Of a stretch of 64,000 nt of DNA, positions 15,019 to 26,805 are shown piece by piece. The notes below the pieces were generated by a model that did not search any database, was not told where the DNA came from, and saw nothing but the letters and a program-made list of their open reading frames with translations. How positions within the stretch are numbered: the first letter of the stretch is position 1; each line of letters opens with the position of its first letter. The translations under genes and the position numbers were made by a program. The stretch spans positions 17,670,001 to 17,734,000 of the forward strand of contig OX597814.1 in the NCBI GenBank assembly GCA_951406725.2. Reading direction: 5' to 3'. This stretch comes from Octopus vulgaris (lineage: Eukaryota).

Positions 15019-15655
15019 TACTCTTTTACTTGTTTCAGCCATTTGACTGTGGTCATGCTGGAGCACCGCCTTTGGTCGAGCAAATCGAGCCTAGGACTTA
15101 TTCTTTGTAAGCCTAGTACTTATTCTATCGGTGACCTTTGCTGAACCGCTAAGTTACGGGGACATAAACACACCACTATCGGTTGTTAAGCGATGTTGAG
15201 GGACAAACACAGACACACAAACATATACACACACATACAGATATATATATAAATACATATATATATTTCTTTACTACCCACAAGGGGCTAAACACAGAGG
15301 GGACAAACAAGGACAGACAAAGGGATTAAGTCGATTACATCGACTCCAGTGCGTAACTGATACTTAATTTATCGACCCCGAAAGGATGAAAGGCAAAGTC
15401 GACCTCGGCGGAATTTGAACTCGGAACGCAACGACAGCCGAATTACGGCTACGAATTTCGCCCGGCGTGCTAACGTTTCTGCCAGCTCGCCGCCTTACGA
15501 CGGGCTTCTTTCAGTTTCTGTCTACCAAATCCACTCACAAGGCTTTAATCGTCCCGAGGCTTTAGTAGAAGACACTTGCCCAAGGTGTCATGCAGTGGGA
15601 CTGAACCCGGAACCATGTAGTTCGTGAGCAAGCTACTTGCCACACAGTCACACCT
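15019..15655 (-). mobile_element. SINE family A, full length, with a nested family B copy
   Basis: The 3' half lies at 15019-15215 and the 5' half at 15496-15655. Family B is inserted in the central microsatellite. Confidence 0.9.
15267..15494 (-). mobile_element. SINE family B (Nin/Deu-like central domain), full length, tail type 1
   Basis: The minus strand reads ggcgagctggcagaaacgttagcacgccgggcgaaat...gagttcaaattcc...gcctttcatcctttcggggtcgataaattaagta...tgtgggtagtaaagaaa. Confidence 0.92.
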
Positions 15656-16028
15656 CGCCTTCATTTCGCTCTTGATTATGTAGGCATTGTTATATGAATG
15701 CATGTGTATGTGTGAGGGAGAATGCGTTCTTTGCATACTTAACGATCAATTCCTGCAACGTGTTTTCTCTTCCATTTCATTCAAGCCAACTGTTGCATTA
15801 TGTTCACTTCAGTGCCAAATATAGTGACACCCGGAAAGCTATGGGTTTGTCAATTTGTGCCTAATCACTTCTAATCTATATCACAAATATATATTTTCAT
15901 ATTCTAATGAAGAAATATTTACACTGATCTCCTTTAACATATCCACTGTTTCATTAAAGTACACCACCACCACCACCACCACCACCACCACCACCACCCA
16001 CAATAAGCAGACCTGCATATCATTTGTA

Positions 16029-16176
16029 GGCGTAAGAGTGGTTCTGTGGTAAGTAGATTGCTTCCCAACTAGATGGTTCCGGGTTCAGTCCCACTGCGTG
16101 ACACCTTGGGCAAGTGTCTTCTACTATAGCCTCAGGCCGACCAAAGCTTTGTGAGTGGATGTGAAAGAACGCCGTC

Positions 16177-16242
<66 letters not shown>

Positions 16243-16243
16243 T

Positions 16244-16277
<34 letters not shown>

Positions 16278-16463
16278 TGTATGTATGTATGTATGTATGT
16301 TTGTATGTATGTATGTATATATGTATGTATGTATGTACGTGTGCTTTTATATGTTTGTGTGTCTATGTTTGTCCCCATTAACATCACTTGACAACCGAAG
16401 CTGGTGTGTTTACGTCCACATAACTTAGCGGTACGGCGAAAGAGACCGATAGAATAAGTACCA
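16029..16463 (+). mobile_element. SINE family A with an expanded internal (TA)n(TATG)n, 3'-truncated
   Basis: Head ggcgtaagagtgg...ggttcagtcccactgcgtg. About 170 bp of microsatellite separates the halves. Confidence 0.88.
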
Positions 16464-16532
16464 ATCGAGCACTGGGCTCGCTGAAATCGTTTTACCCTAT
16501 CACCCGAAGCTGCTGGTCTTAAAAATCGTTAT

Positions 16533-16755
16533 TGAGCTGGCAGAATCGTAAGCGCGCTGGACGAAATGCTTAGCACTCTTTCACCCGTCGCTACGTCCTG
16601 AGTTCAAATTTCACTGAGATTGACTTTACCTTTCATCCTTTCGGGGGTAGATAAAATGTAGATAAAATAGTAGCAGTTGAACTTTGGGGGTCGATGTAAT
16701 CGACTCATCCCCTCCCCCAAAAATTGTTTCCCTTATGGCAAAATTTGAAACTATT
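16533..16755 (+). mobile_element. SINE family B with an alternative tail ending in (ATT)n
   Basis: gagctggcagaatcg...tttcatcctttcgggg...cccctcccccaaaaattg...aaaatttgaaac, then (att)n. Confidence 0.85.
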
Positions 16756-17014
16756 ATTATTATTATTATTATCATTGTCAGCATCACCATTATGATGACT
16801 ATGGTTTGATAGAGTGGCTATAGTACCGGAAAAAGGCTTTGAGCCGAAGTTAAGTCCCTTTGCGCTCTTCATCGCCAGCTTCGTTTGAGTTTAACTTTTG
16901 TACTATGCAAATTCTATAAATTAATTTAGGATTCACTCACCGTGACTGATTTCACAGGCTAGTTAGTTAGATACTCTAAAGCATTATAAATTTTCACTTA
17001 AATGTGCTTGTGTG

Positions 17015-17076
<62 letters not shown>

Positions 17077-17077
<1 letters not shown>

Positions 17078-17366
17078 TCTTTTATTCTTTTATTTGTTTC
17101 AGTCATTTGATTGCGGCTATGCTGGAGCACCGCCTGTCGTCGAACAAATCCCCCCCCCCCCAGGACATATCCTTTGTAAGCCTAGTTCTTATTCTATTGG
17201 CCACTTAGCCGAACCGCTATGTTACGGTAACGTAAATACACCAACATCGGTTGTCAAGTGATGGTGGGGGGACAAACACAGACACTTGCCCCAGGTGTCA
17301 AGCTGTCTGACTGCGTGAACCCGGAACCATGTGGTTGGTAAGCAAGCTCACAGCCGCTCCTGCACC

Positions 17367-17367
<1 letters not shown>
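17077..17367 (-). mobile_element. SINE family A with an internal deletion
   Basis: The 3' half joins directly to the head at 'gacaaacacagacacttgccc', a junction at a shared 'agacac' microhomology. Confidence 0.8.
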
Positions 17368-17397
<30 letters not shown>

Positions 17398-17556
17398 TGT
17401 ACTTGTTTCAGTCATTTGACTGCGGCCATGCTGAGCACCGCCTTTTAGAGTGGTGAAAGAGTACACCACCTCCTGCCGGAGCCTCGTGGAGCTGTTTTTT
17501 TCGCTCAATAAACACACACAACGCCCGGTAATAAACCGCGATCCTCCGATCCGCTG

Positions 17557-17558
<2 letters not shown>
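17398..17558 (-). mobile_element. Composite fragment: family C head/body joined to a family A tail
   Basis: 17460-17558 matches family C (gagcctcgtggagc...ttcgctcaataaacac) and 17398-17450 matches the family A tail. Confidence 0.65.
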
Positions 17559-17617
<59 letters not shown>

Positions 17618-17779
17618 ATATATTTTACATGCATGCTGTTACATACAGGTACACACGCGCACAAACATATTTACATGCATATAGGAATTTGGAATTTGTG
17701 TAAGTATGAATGTATATATATATGTGTCTGGAGAGAGGGACAGTCAGACACGCAAACAGATAGACAAACAGACAGATAT

Positions 17780-17839
<60 letters not shown>

Positions 17840-18387
17840 CCGCATGGGTGTGCGGGTGGGTAGATGGAAGTTTGGACGGCTGGCGATCGGGTCAGAACTG
17901 ATACAAAATCACAGGTACATGTAAACACAAACACGTACCCTAACTGTTAAATATATAATAGCTAATAGCTTGTGGTACATCAATTGGTGCATTCTATAAT
18001 TAGACTTTTAAATATGCTTATATGTGTGTGTATACGTGTGTGTGAATGTAGGTATGTATATTTGTATGTATGTGTGCATGCATGTATGCTAAATGTATGT
18101 GTGCTCGTGTGTATTTGCTTATCTTTATGCATATTCTTGTTTACCTTTATGAGCACTATGTGGTTAAACATGGAGGAAGTATTTTATCATTACAAAGCAT
18201 TAACATTTATGAAGGTGTAACATTCATCTTAGCATAGACTCATATCTGATATATGTAAATACCGCGGTAGCTGATTATTTATATAGTATACATACATTTG
18301 AACGTAGAAGACCGCGTATATATGTGTGTCTACTTAGATACATATATCTATATAATTACATTCATAGAGCATATACATACGAATATG

Positions 18388-18428
<41 letters not shown>

Positions 18429-19120
18429 ATACACGCACATATGTATATAGATATATATTTATACACACACAGACACATATATACATACCTATATGTATGT
18501 AATATATATATATGTATGTATATATACACACATGCATACATACAAATGCATACATGAAGACACACACGCACACATATACACATTAGCATATATATATATA
18601 TATAAATACATACATGCGTACATACACATATACAAATACACACTCACATGCACAGGCATATGCACACGTATATTTATATATCACGCGAGATTAACACATG
18701 GAGTTACAGAGATCAACAAACTTTGGTAATTTTAATGATAAGCAATAGACAGGTTTCGAAAATACACTCTTCATTTCACACACACACACACACATACACA
18801 CACACACATGTGCAGACTCACAGACAAACATCATGTGTGTAAGTACGTGCCTGTGTGTGTTCGTGCGAGTGTATTTAATGCGCATACATAGACACCTATG
18901 TAAATATACACATGCATTTGTATGCATACTTAAAATTTTATTGGCTCTAAATACTTGCTATGTCTGTAAACATATTCTCATGAATATGCATCCATTCGCA
19001 AAGCCATATAGCAATTTCTGCCACACAAGACTTGATACGAAATGGCATGAGGTCACATACTTGAATACCTGTAAAACAGCCGCTACACTCAGCCACAAAA
19101 CTGTATACAAATATACATAC

Positions 19121-19227
<107 letters not shown>

Positions 19228-19449
19228 AATGTTTGTCTGATTTTATGATGTCTGAAATGCGTAATTATACTCAGACATTGCAGTAAAGATATGTTTATAT
19301 GTAAGTATAACAGTTGCACCTGTATTTTATTGTACCTCTGTTTGTGCACAATATCACAGCTTTCTTTGTACACCAGACAATACTCAGTTCAGTTTCTATA
19401 CGACAAAAGCGATTTCGTCTTTGAACTCTGTTGGCATTTATTTATAGTA

Positions 19450-20330
19450 TAATGGTCTTCCTACAATCTTTCTCTCCAATGCGACGGTGTCTAATATAAT
19501 ATAACTGTGTCTCTAAAATATAGCAATATAGCTACTGTAACTGTATGCACTGTGTAATTGTCTCTAAAACCTATGTACATCTACAGTGCAACAGTATCAG
19601 TATATGTGTAATGGCGTTTTTATGATTTAATGGTATCACTAGAGAGTATCTTTATTTCTAAAGGCGCAGACATGGCTATCTGGTTAAGAAGCTCGCTTCG
19701 CTGCCATGTAGTTTCGGGTTCAATAAGAGTACGCCGTCTCTTGCGCCAGTGCCTTTTGCCATATCTCAAGGCCTGCAAATAGCTTGTGAGGGAATCTGTC
19801 AGGTGAAAAATGTGTAAAATCCAGCCGTGTGTGTGAGTGTGTATTTGTGTGTGTATGTACTTGTGTTTATTTGTGTGTGTGTGTGTGTGCGTGTGTGTGT
19901 TTGTGTGTGTGTCCTCCTCCTAGCACTGAACGACCAGTATTGGGTTGTTTACGTCCCCTTTAGTTAACGTTTTAGCAAAAGCAACAGATGACATCGAAAA
20001 AAATGTACTGGGTTCGATGAGTTCGGCTAAATCATTCAAAGAACTGCCCCAGCGTAATAGGTGGAACAAGTAAATGAGATAGCGTAACTGTTTCACCCTT
20101 TCTACAATAAAACATATCCTTTGCAATGTAGCAGTCTCTACGGATCAACATTGTCTCTACATTGTAAAAATGACATTACGGTGTAATGATATCTCTACCT
20201 TGCAACAAGTTGTGTCTCGCAGAATAACTGTCTCTGTAGTGTGTCAGTGTCCAAATAGTTTTACACTCTCATTATAATGTAGTAGTTCACTGTCTGTCAC
20301 GTCCCCACAATGCCTGAACAATTTCACCAA
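19450..20330. repeat. Decayed minisatellite, unit about 18-19 bp resembling TGTCTCTACAGTGTAACA, interrupted by a SINE
   Basis: Recurring tgtctcta, gtctctac, atctctac and tgtctctgtag motifs with tgtaa/gcaac spacers lie on both sides of the SINE at 19663-20075. Confidence 0.55.
19663..20075 (+). mobile_element. SINE family A, old diverged copy
   Basis: ggcgcagacatggct...ggttaagaagctcgct, central (TG)n, tgtttacgtcccc... Confidence 0.75.
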
Positions 20331-20659
20331 CTACCCCTATTGTGCACAAAATATATGTTATTAAATAATGCTCAGATAGTAACAAATCTTTACTAAGTCA
20401 GCAAGTCTAAATTTTTACAGTGTACACTGAAACTTGCAACAGATTCACTTGTGCGTATTCTAACAAATTCACATGTATATCGAACATATTCAGTGTAATC
20501 TGCATTGCTGTATGCTATGGAAGATCCACTTCTGAAAAGTATGACGTGTAAAGTGGTACACTACAACGCTTTCAGTATACAATAATAGCTATGCAGCTTT
20601 TGCGCCATAACAATTCATTTCATTATATATATAAAAAACTGGTCTCTACTTGTAAAGTA

Positions 20660-21917
20660 TCAGGTTGAGAAAAAAGTAAGCAACGTTTTAAACCGTGAAA
20701 AATTTGTACCGGATTTTGTAGAGTTTTGAACTTTTAAAAATATACTTCTTTTTTTGCAATTGTCTGATAATGCAAGCAGAGACATGCCTAAATACATCAA
20801 TAAATTAACATTGAAATTTTTGTTTGACCCTTGTTATAATCATCTGAAATGGAACTGCCAAAGCGCGATATTCAAGCAATCTTGCTATTCAACTTCAAAA
20901 ATGAACGTAAAGCAGCTGAAACTGCTCGCGATATCAAAGAAACGTTTGGTGAGGAAATGACCAGGGAGTGGTCAGCTCGAAAATGGTTTAAACGATTTCG
21001 CAGTAGAGACCTTAGCCTTAAAGATCGTGAGCGTAGCGGATGACCATGTGTCATCGATGACGGTCATTTAAAGATCCTCATTGAGAAAGATCTACGTAAA
21101 ACCACTCGAGAACTGGCACAAGAACTTCAAGTTAGCTAGAAAACTACCTGCGACTATTGGAATGCGATCGAAAAATCAAAAAAGCTCAACAAATGGGTAC
21201 CATACGATTTGAATGAAAATCAAAAAGTGCGCAAATATGAAATTCGCTTGCAACTTCTCTGTAACCAGACTGATCCATTTCTCGATCGTACTTGCGATAA
21301 AGAGTGGAATCTGTACAATAATATAAAACGTTCTTCGCAGTGGTTGGACCAAAATGAAGCACCGAAAACCTTCCCTAAACCCGAGCTCTTCAAAAAAGAA
21401 GGTAATGGTGATGTTTGTTGGTGTACTGCTGGATTCATCTACTATAACCTCTTATAACCCGGAAAAACCATTACTGCAGAAACATTCCATTGCCATGAAA
21501 TTGCCAAAATAAACGAAAAACTCCTACTCTTCTGTCCCAGACTGGTCAACAGAAGAGGGCCAATCATTCTTCATGACAATGCTCGACCACACGTTTCACT
21601 AATGACACTCCACAAGTTGAGGTAACATGGCTACGAAGTTCTTCCCCACCCAGATCTTTTTTCCTATAGACCACTCCTTTCTCTAGCACCTTGATGGTTT
21701 CCTCTGAGAGAAGGATTTCAAAAATCAAACCGATGCTGAAAGCTCGTTCAAAGTGTTCATCAGCTCCAGAACTTCAGATTATATTGTTACCGGAATATAA
21801 TAAACTTATAACTCGTTGGTAAGAATGTGTTGATTGTAATGTTATTTACAGTATTGTTGAAATATGTCGAGATAAATTTCATGTTTCAAAACGTTGCTTA
21901 CTTTTTACACAGCCTGA
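20660..21917 (+). mobile_element. Full-length mariner DNA transposon (1258 bp), cecropia/Hsmar1-like, inactive
   Basis: Left TIR TCAGGTTGAGAAAAAAGTAAGCAACGTTTT and right TIR (reverse complement) TCAGGCTGTGTAAAAAGTAAGCAACGTTTT, with TA on both sides (20658-59 and 21918-19). Encloses a transposase pseudogene. Confidence 0.96.
20849..21855 (+). pseudogene. Mariner DD34D-type transposase pseudogene
   Basis: N-terminal HTH (MELPKRDIQAILLFNFKNERKAAETAR...WFKRF), WVPYDL (=WVPHEL), TCDKEW (=TCDEKW), GPIILHDNARPHV and the C-terminal TRW*ECVDCN. It carries several stops (e.g. TGA at 21041) and frameshifts, and the YSPDL motif is damaged. Confidence 0.95.
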
Positions 21918-22029
21918 TACAAGAGATGCCATGCAACAGTGCTATATCTACAGCGCGAGATTCATGTTTGCACATCTGTATACACCTCAAATAAACCTGA
22001 TAGTGTATAAAAATGGGTTCATTTCAGGT

Positions 22030-22104
22030 CTGTAATTCTAGGCTGCAATATGACAAAGTTCTTTAACTGTTTAACTGTAGTCATATTGCAGTTCTGGACT
22101 ACAG
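22030..22104. other. 75-nt inverted repeat forming a pre-miRNA-like hairpin
   Basis: Arms 22030-22054 and 22080-22104 pair at 22 of 25 ungapped positions on the + strand, counting G-U, including the perfect CTGCAATATGAC/GTCATATTGCAG. A further AGTT/AACT pairing lies inside. Confidence 0.5.
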
Positions 22105-22809
22105 TGTGACTGTGCTTCTACAACTGCTAAATTTCCTCAAATGGCATCCTCTGTCTGAAAAAATGAAACATTAAAATGTAGGACCGCAGAAAATATAAAA
22201 CGAGACCATCGCGGCTAGAATACTATTTATCATATGTTTGCTACTATTAAAACTGACGTGAAATTAAACAAGAACTGTAACAGGTATATATGTATGTATA
22301 AAAATTATTGGTACATCTGTATGAATTATAACATCCAACGTACTTTGGTCTGATATCGATTATTAGCACATCTGTCAAGTAAATTAGTGACCCAGATAAA
22401 TGATAGGATATTCACCACTTATGTAAATCAATAACATCGATCCCACATTTTGTCTCAAACTAATTTTGTTAATCATAGGAACAAGAAAAAATAGTGTCTG
22501 TCATCATGACCTTTTTTAACGAGTCAGTTGTCTAAATGCTTAAAACGCAGTGCTTGCTCATATCTAGACATGGGCTAACGTACGCTAACACCACCACCAC
22601 GACCACCACCACCACTATCATCACAAGAATTATCATCAGCACTCTTCAAATTTTCTCGATGCATTTTTATGAATTTTCTCATCCAATAATTTTTTTTAAT
22701 AAACACTTTTCCTGCTTTGCAAACAAACGCACATATGCGCATACTTTATTGAATTAAGATTTGGTAATACGTTCGATGCACTAATTTGCACGAAACATAC
22801 GCGTGTGTA

Positions 22810-22841
<32 letters not shown>

Positions 22842-22919
22842 ACCTCACAAGAGAACAGATCCGATTTTCCGTATTCAGAGTGGCTCATTTTCGGTCATCA
22901 TCAGGTAAACGGAATGTGA

Positions 22920-22960
22920 ATTTCTTAAAAATATTCAGTGACTGAATATTTTTTTGAAAT
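22920..22960. repeat. 41-bp near-perfect palindrome
   Basis: ATTTCTTAAAAATATTCAGT-G-ACTGAATATTTTTTTGAAAT, with 18 of 20 positions paired and a 1-nt centre. Confidence 0.85.
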
Positions 22961-22979
22961 ATGAAATGAAATATATGTA

Positions 22980-23011
<32 letters not shown>

Positions 23012-23050
23012 CGTATATATATGTATATGTATATAAATATATATATATAT

Positions 23051-23101
<51 letters not shown>

Positions 23102-23134
23102 GTATATAGATATACATATATATATATATGCATG

Positions 23135-23174
<40 letters not shown>

Positions 23175-23249
23175 TATATACAATTAATAGATCAGTGTAC
23201 ATAATCGTATAACCGTATACATGAGCTGTATGTATGTATATATACACAC

Positions 23250-23301
<52 letters not shown>

Positions 23302-23310
23302 TACATACAA

Positions 23311-23609
23311 TTAAAGGATCAGTGTACAAGAATCGCTCGAAAACCGTTAATGAGCTGAAAGGCGGAATCATAACCTTACACACGGTCCATACCGCGTCAA
23401 ACTCTCCAAATATATTTCAAATCATGTTCAGAAGAGTCAACTTATGTATTAAAAATGAAGGACGACACTTTCAGCACCTGTTATAAAGTTTTTTTAAAGT
23501 CCTGTAAAGTCTAATATATTCTTTTGTAGTCTTATTGGTCTAATATCATCTTGTAAATATTTATCTTGCAATAAAATACTTACAGCGGAGAGACTTGTTG
23601 AACACCCTG
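23311..23609 (+). mobile_element. 3' fragment of a Tc1/mariner-superfamily transposon (Tc3/rosa-like C-terminus) with its right TIR
   Basis: Encodes VYKNRSKTVNELK... and MFRRVNLCIKNEGRHFQHLL* (TAA at 23484-86). It ends GAACACCCTG, the reverse complement of a CAGGGTGTTC TIR. Confidence 0.8.
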
Positions 23610-23666
23610 TGTGTATATATAATATATGTGTGGGTATGTATGTGTGTGTGTGCGCGAATATAAATC

Positions 23667-23734
<68 letters not shown>

Positions 23735-23738
<4 letters not shown>

Positions 23739-23912
23739 GTTCTTGAGCAAAACACTTCATTTCACGTTGCTCCAGTCCACTCAGCTGGCAAAAATGAGTA
23801 ACGTGCGATGGACTGGCGTCCCGTCCAGCTGGGGAACACATACGCCATAGAAACCGGGAAACCGGGCCCATGAGCCTGGCTAGGCTTTGAAAGGGCGCAT
23901 TTATTTATTTTT
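23735..23912 (+). mobile_element. 5'-truncated CORE-type SINE with a Meta/V-like 3' module
   Basis: tgtgttcttgagcaaaacacttcatttcacgttgctccagtccactcagctg followed by gcgatggactggcgtcccgtccag...gaaaccgggaaaccgggccc and an (ATTT)n tail. Confidence 0.8.
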
Positions 23913-24141
23913 ACATGTATGTGTGTGTTTTTGTGTTTGTGTGTATGCGATGGGATTCTACACAGTTTCCCTTCATTAAAAATTTGCTAAGATAAAAACT
24001 AAGATCACAATAATAGCCACGTCCCAAATATTCACTCAGCGGGATCGAATCTGAAGGCTTTTAGTTGAGAAGCAAACCCTTTAACCACTGTGCTTCCTTT
24101 ACTAATAAGATTCTTTTTTATATTATTTTTTAATATTAGAA

Positions 24142-24189
<48 letters not shown>

Positions 24190-24534
24190 CCTATATGAGC
24201 TCTCACGAGTGAGTGTATGCATGTGTGTATGTGTGTGTATGTGTGTATGTCGGCGCGCGTGTGTGAGATAGGTTATGATTAAATGCAACCACAGGAGTCC
24301 GTAATATTTAAACATATCATCTGTAGAAATTGATGGAAGCATTCATGATATGCAGATATATGAACCTAGTGATGTGCATAATTTAGTGAACATATCTGCT
24401 CGGAATTCTATAGATTAATGCTTACATAACTATACAAACACGTGCACTGAGCACCAGAGCACAAATGCACAAACAGCTATTTGTTGCACCGTAATGCATC
24501 ATTAAACGGATCGGTATTGACATTCTTATACATA

Positions 24535-24590
<56 letters not shown>

Positions 24591-24612
24591 CGCGTGTGTG
24601 GATGGATGGATG

Positions 24613-24711
<99 letters not shown>

Positions 24712-24727
24712 GGATAGATAGATAGAT

Positions 24728-25043
24728 ATGTTTCTTTATTAGCCACACAGGGCTGCACACAGACAGGACAAAATTACAAGGTAGAGCTTTTCTTTTGGGG
24801 GTAAAAGAAGGGGGTTTGGTTTTCGATCAAAAGGGATCGTAAATGGAAAGAAAGAGGACGAAAAAAGGGGGGGGGATTAAAAAAAAATTTTAAGGGGGGA
24901 GGGAAAGGAACAAAATTGGATCAATAGGGATCGTTATCACAGAAATGTCAATATAGAGTGTAAAGGGGGGGGTAGGTGAGGTTTACCCGTGGAAAGAAAA
25001 GCCTACGGAAAAGACCACGGTAACCTCGGTCAATGAAGTCACA
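24728..25043 (-). mobile_element. 5'-truncated retroelement 3' end inserted in (GATA)n, copy 1 (about 315 bp)
   Basis: Near-identical to 46405-46556 and 60117-60298. It has a fixed 3' end ...GGCTAATAAAGAAAC and (GATA)n on both flanks. Confidence 0.85.
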
Positions 25044-25068
25044 GATAGATAGATAGATAGATAGATAC

Positions 25069-25159
<91 letters not shown>

Positions 25160-25274
25160 TGGATATATCTATATATATGTATATACATAAATATAGATAT
25201 ACTACTTGGTAAGATTATTAATTATAAATTGGTTAATTAATTTTACCCTATATTAGTATAGACATACGTGTATA

Positions 25275-25815
25275 GGTGCAAGTGTGGCTGCGTGGCTAGA
25301 AGTTTGCTTCTCAATCACATGGTTCCAAGTTCAGGCCTGCTGTGTGACACCTTGGGCTTGTGTCTTCTACTACAGCCCCAGGCAGACCTAAGCTTTGTAG
25401 TGGATTTCGTAGAGGGAAAATGATAGGAGCCTATCAATATGTATATGTGTATGTGTGTATACTCTCTCTCTCTCTCTCTCTCTTTTACTCTTTTACTTGT
25501 TTCAGTCATTTGACTGCGGCCATGCTGGAGCACCGCCTTTAGTCGAGCAAATCGACCCCGGGACTTATTCTTTGTAAGCCTAGTACTTATTCTATCGGTC
25601 ACTTTTGCCGAACCGCTAAGTGACGGGGACAAGGTTGACAAGTGTGTTTATTTGGGTTTTTTTTCCTTGTGTCTAACCAGATTGGCAAAAGAGACCGATA
25701 AAATGTGTACTAGGCTTAAAAAGTAAGTACAGCATGAATTTCCTCGACGAAACCTTTCAATGCAGTGTCTCAGTTTGGTTGCAGTCCAATGACTAAAACA
25801 GGTAGAAGATAAAAG
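25275..25815 (+). mobile_element. SINE family A interrupted by a younger antisense family A 3' half (25480-25632)
   Basis: Head at 25275-25440 (+), a near-consensus tail on the minus strand, then the diverged + tail at 25635-25815. Confidence 0.8.
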
Positions 25816-25964
25816 ATATACAATGACGATAATAATGCTGATGATGGTCGTAAAAGAACAGACGAAAAGAGAAATGGTAGATCACGAAGGACAAGATCAA
25901 TGTCTAAGCGATATTGATATGGATGCAAATGACGACGAGGATCATGATGTTGAAAAGGATGAAA

Positions 25965-26310
25965 CTGGTGGAGGTGGTGGTGGTGGTGGTGGTGGTGGTG
26001 GTGGTGGTGGTGGTGGTGATGGTGATGGTAGTGTTGGCGGTGGCGGTGATGGTGGTGGTGATGGTGGTGGTGTTGGCGGTGGTGGTGCTGGTGGTGGTGC
26101 TGGTGCTGGTAGTGGTCGTGGTGGCGTTCTTGGTAGTGCTGATGATGATAACGGTGACGATAATGATAACGGTGACGATAATGATAATGGTGATGATGAC
26201 GATAATGGTGATGACGACGACGACGATGATGAGGAGGAGGAGGATGATGATGATAAAAATGCTAGTGGTGGCTAGTGATGGTGGTCGTGGTGGAGGTAGT
26301 GGTGCGGATG
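25965..26310. repeat. Compound (GGT)n/(GAT)n/(GAC)n trinucleotide low-complexity tract
   Basis: Read directly from the sequence. Confidence 0.9.
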
Positions 26311-26643
26311 ATAACGTTAGTTGCGAATCATACAGTCCGTTTACACGACATTGGCGCCGTTAGTGCTTGGTATTGTGGTTGCTGCAACTATTATTGTTTT
26401 CGGGGTGGCAGGAAGGTTTTGTTTGTCGTGAAAGTTGTGGCTAGTCGCTTAGAAATAATGAATGAGTTTTTATATGTGTGTGTGTTTGCATAATGTGTAA
26501 GTATGTATGTATGTATGTATGTGTGTGCGTGTGCATGCATATCTATATATATATATATGTATATATATCAATTTGCGTTAAGTCCGTTTGATTTGTGAAG
26601 ATGTCATAGTTTGCATCATAGCGAATACTATCTTTGTGTGTAC

Positions 26644-26694
<51 letters not shown>

Positions 26695-26755
26695 ACTCTC
26701 TTTTTCCAGATGCATACTTACAGTAGATACATATATTGATGTGTGTGTGTGTAGA

Positions 26756-26805
<50 letters not shown>

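Noticed and set aside
25823-26275. 150-aa Gly/Asp-rich ORF resembling a structural or acidic protein
   Set aside because: It lies on a (GGT)/(GAT) tract that is open in overlapping frames. Similar tracts recur at 41.2, 48.9, 51.9, 54.1 and 56.2 kb, and there is no signal peptide or splice support.
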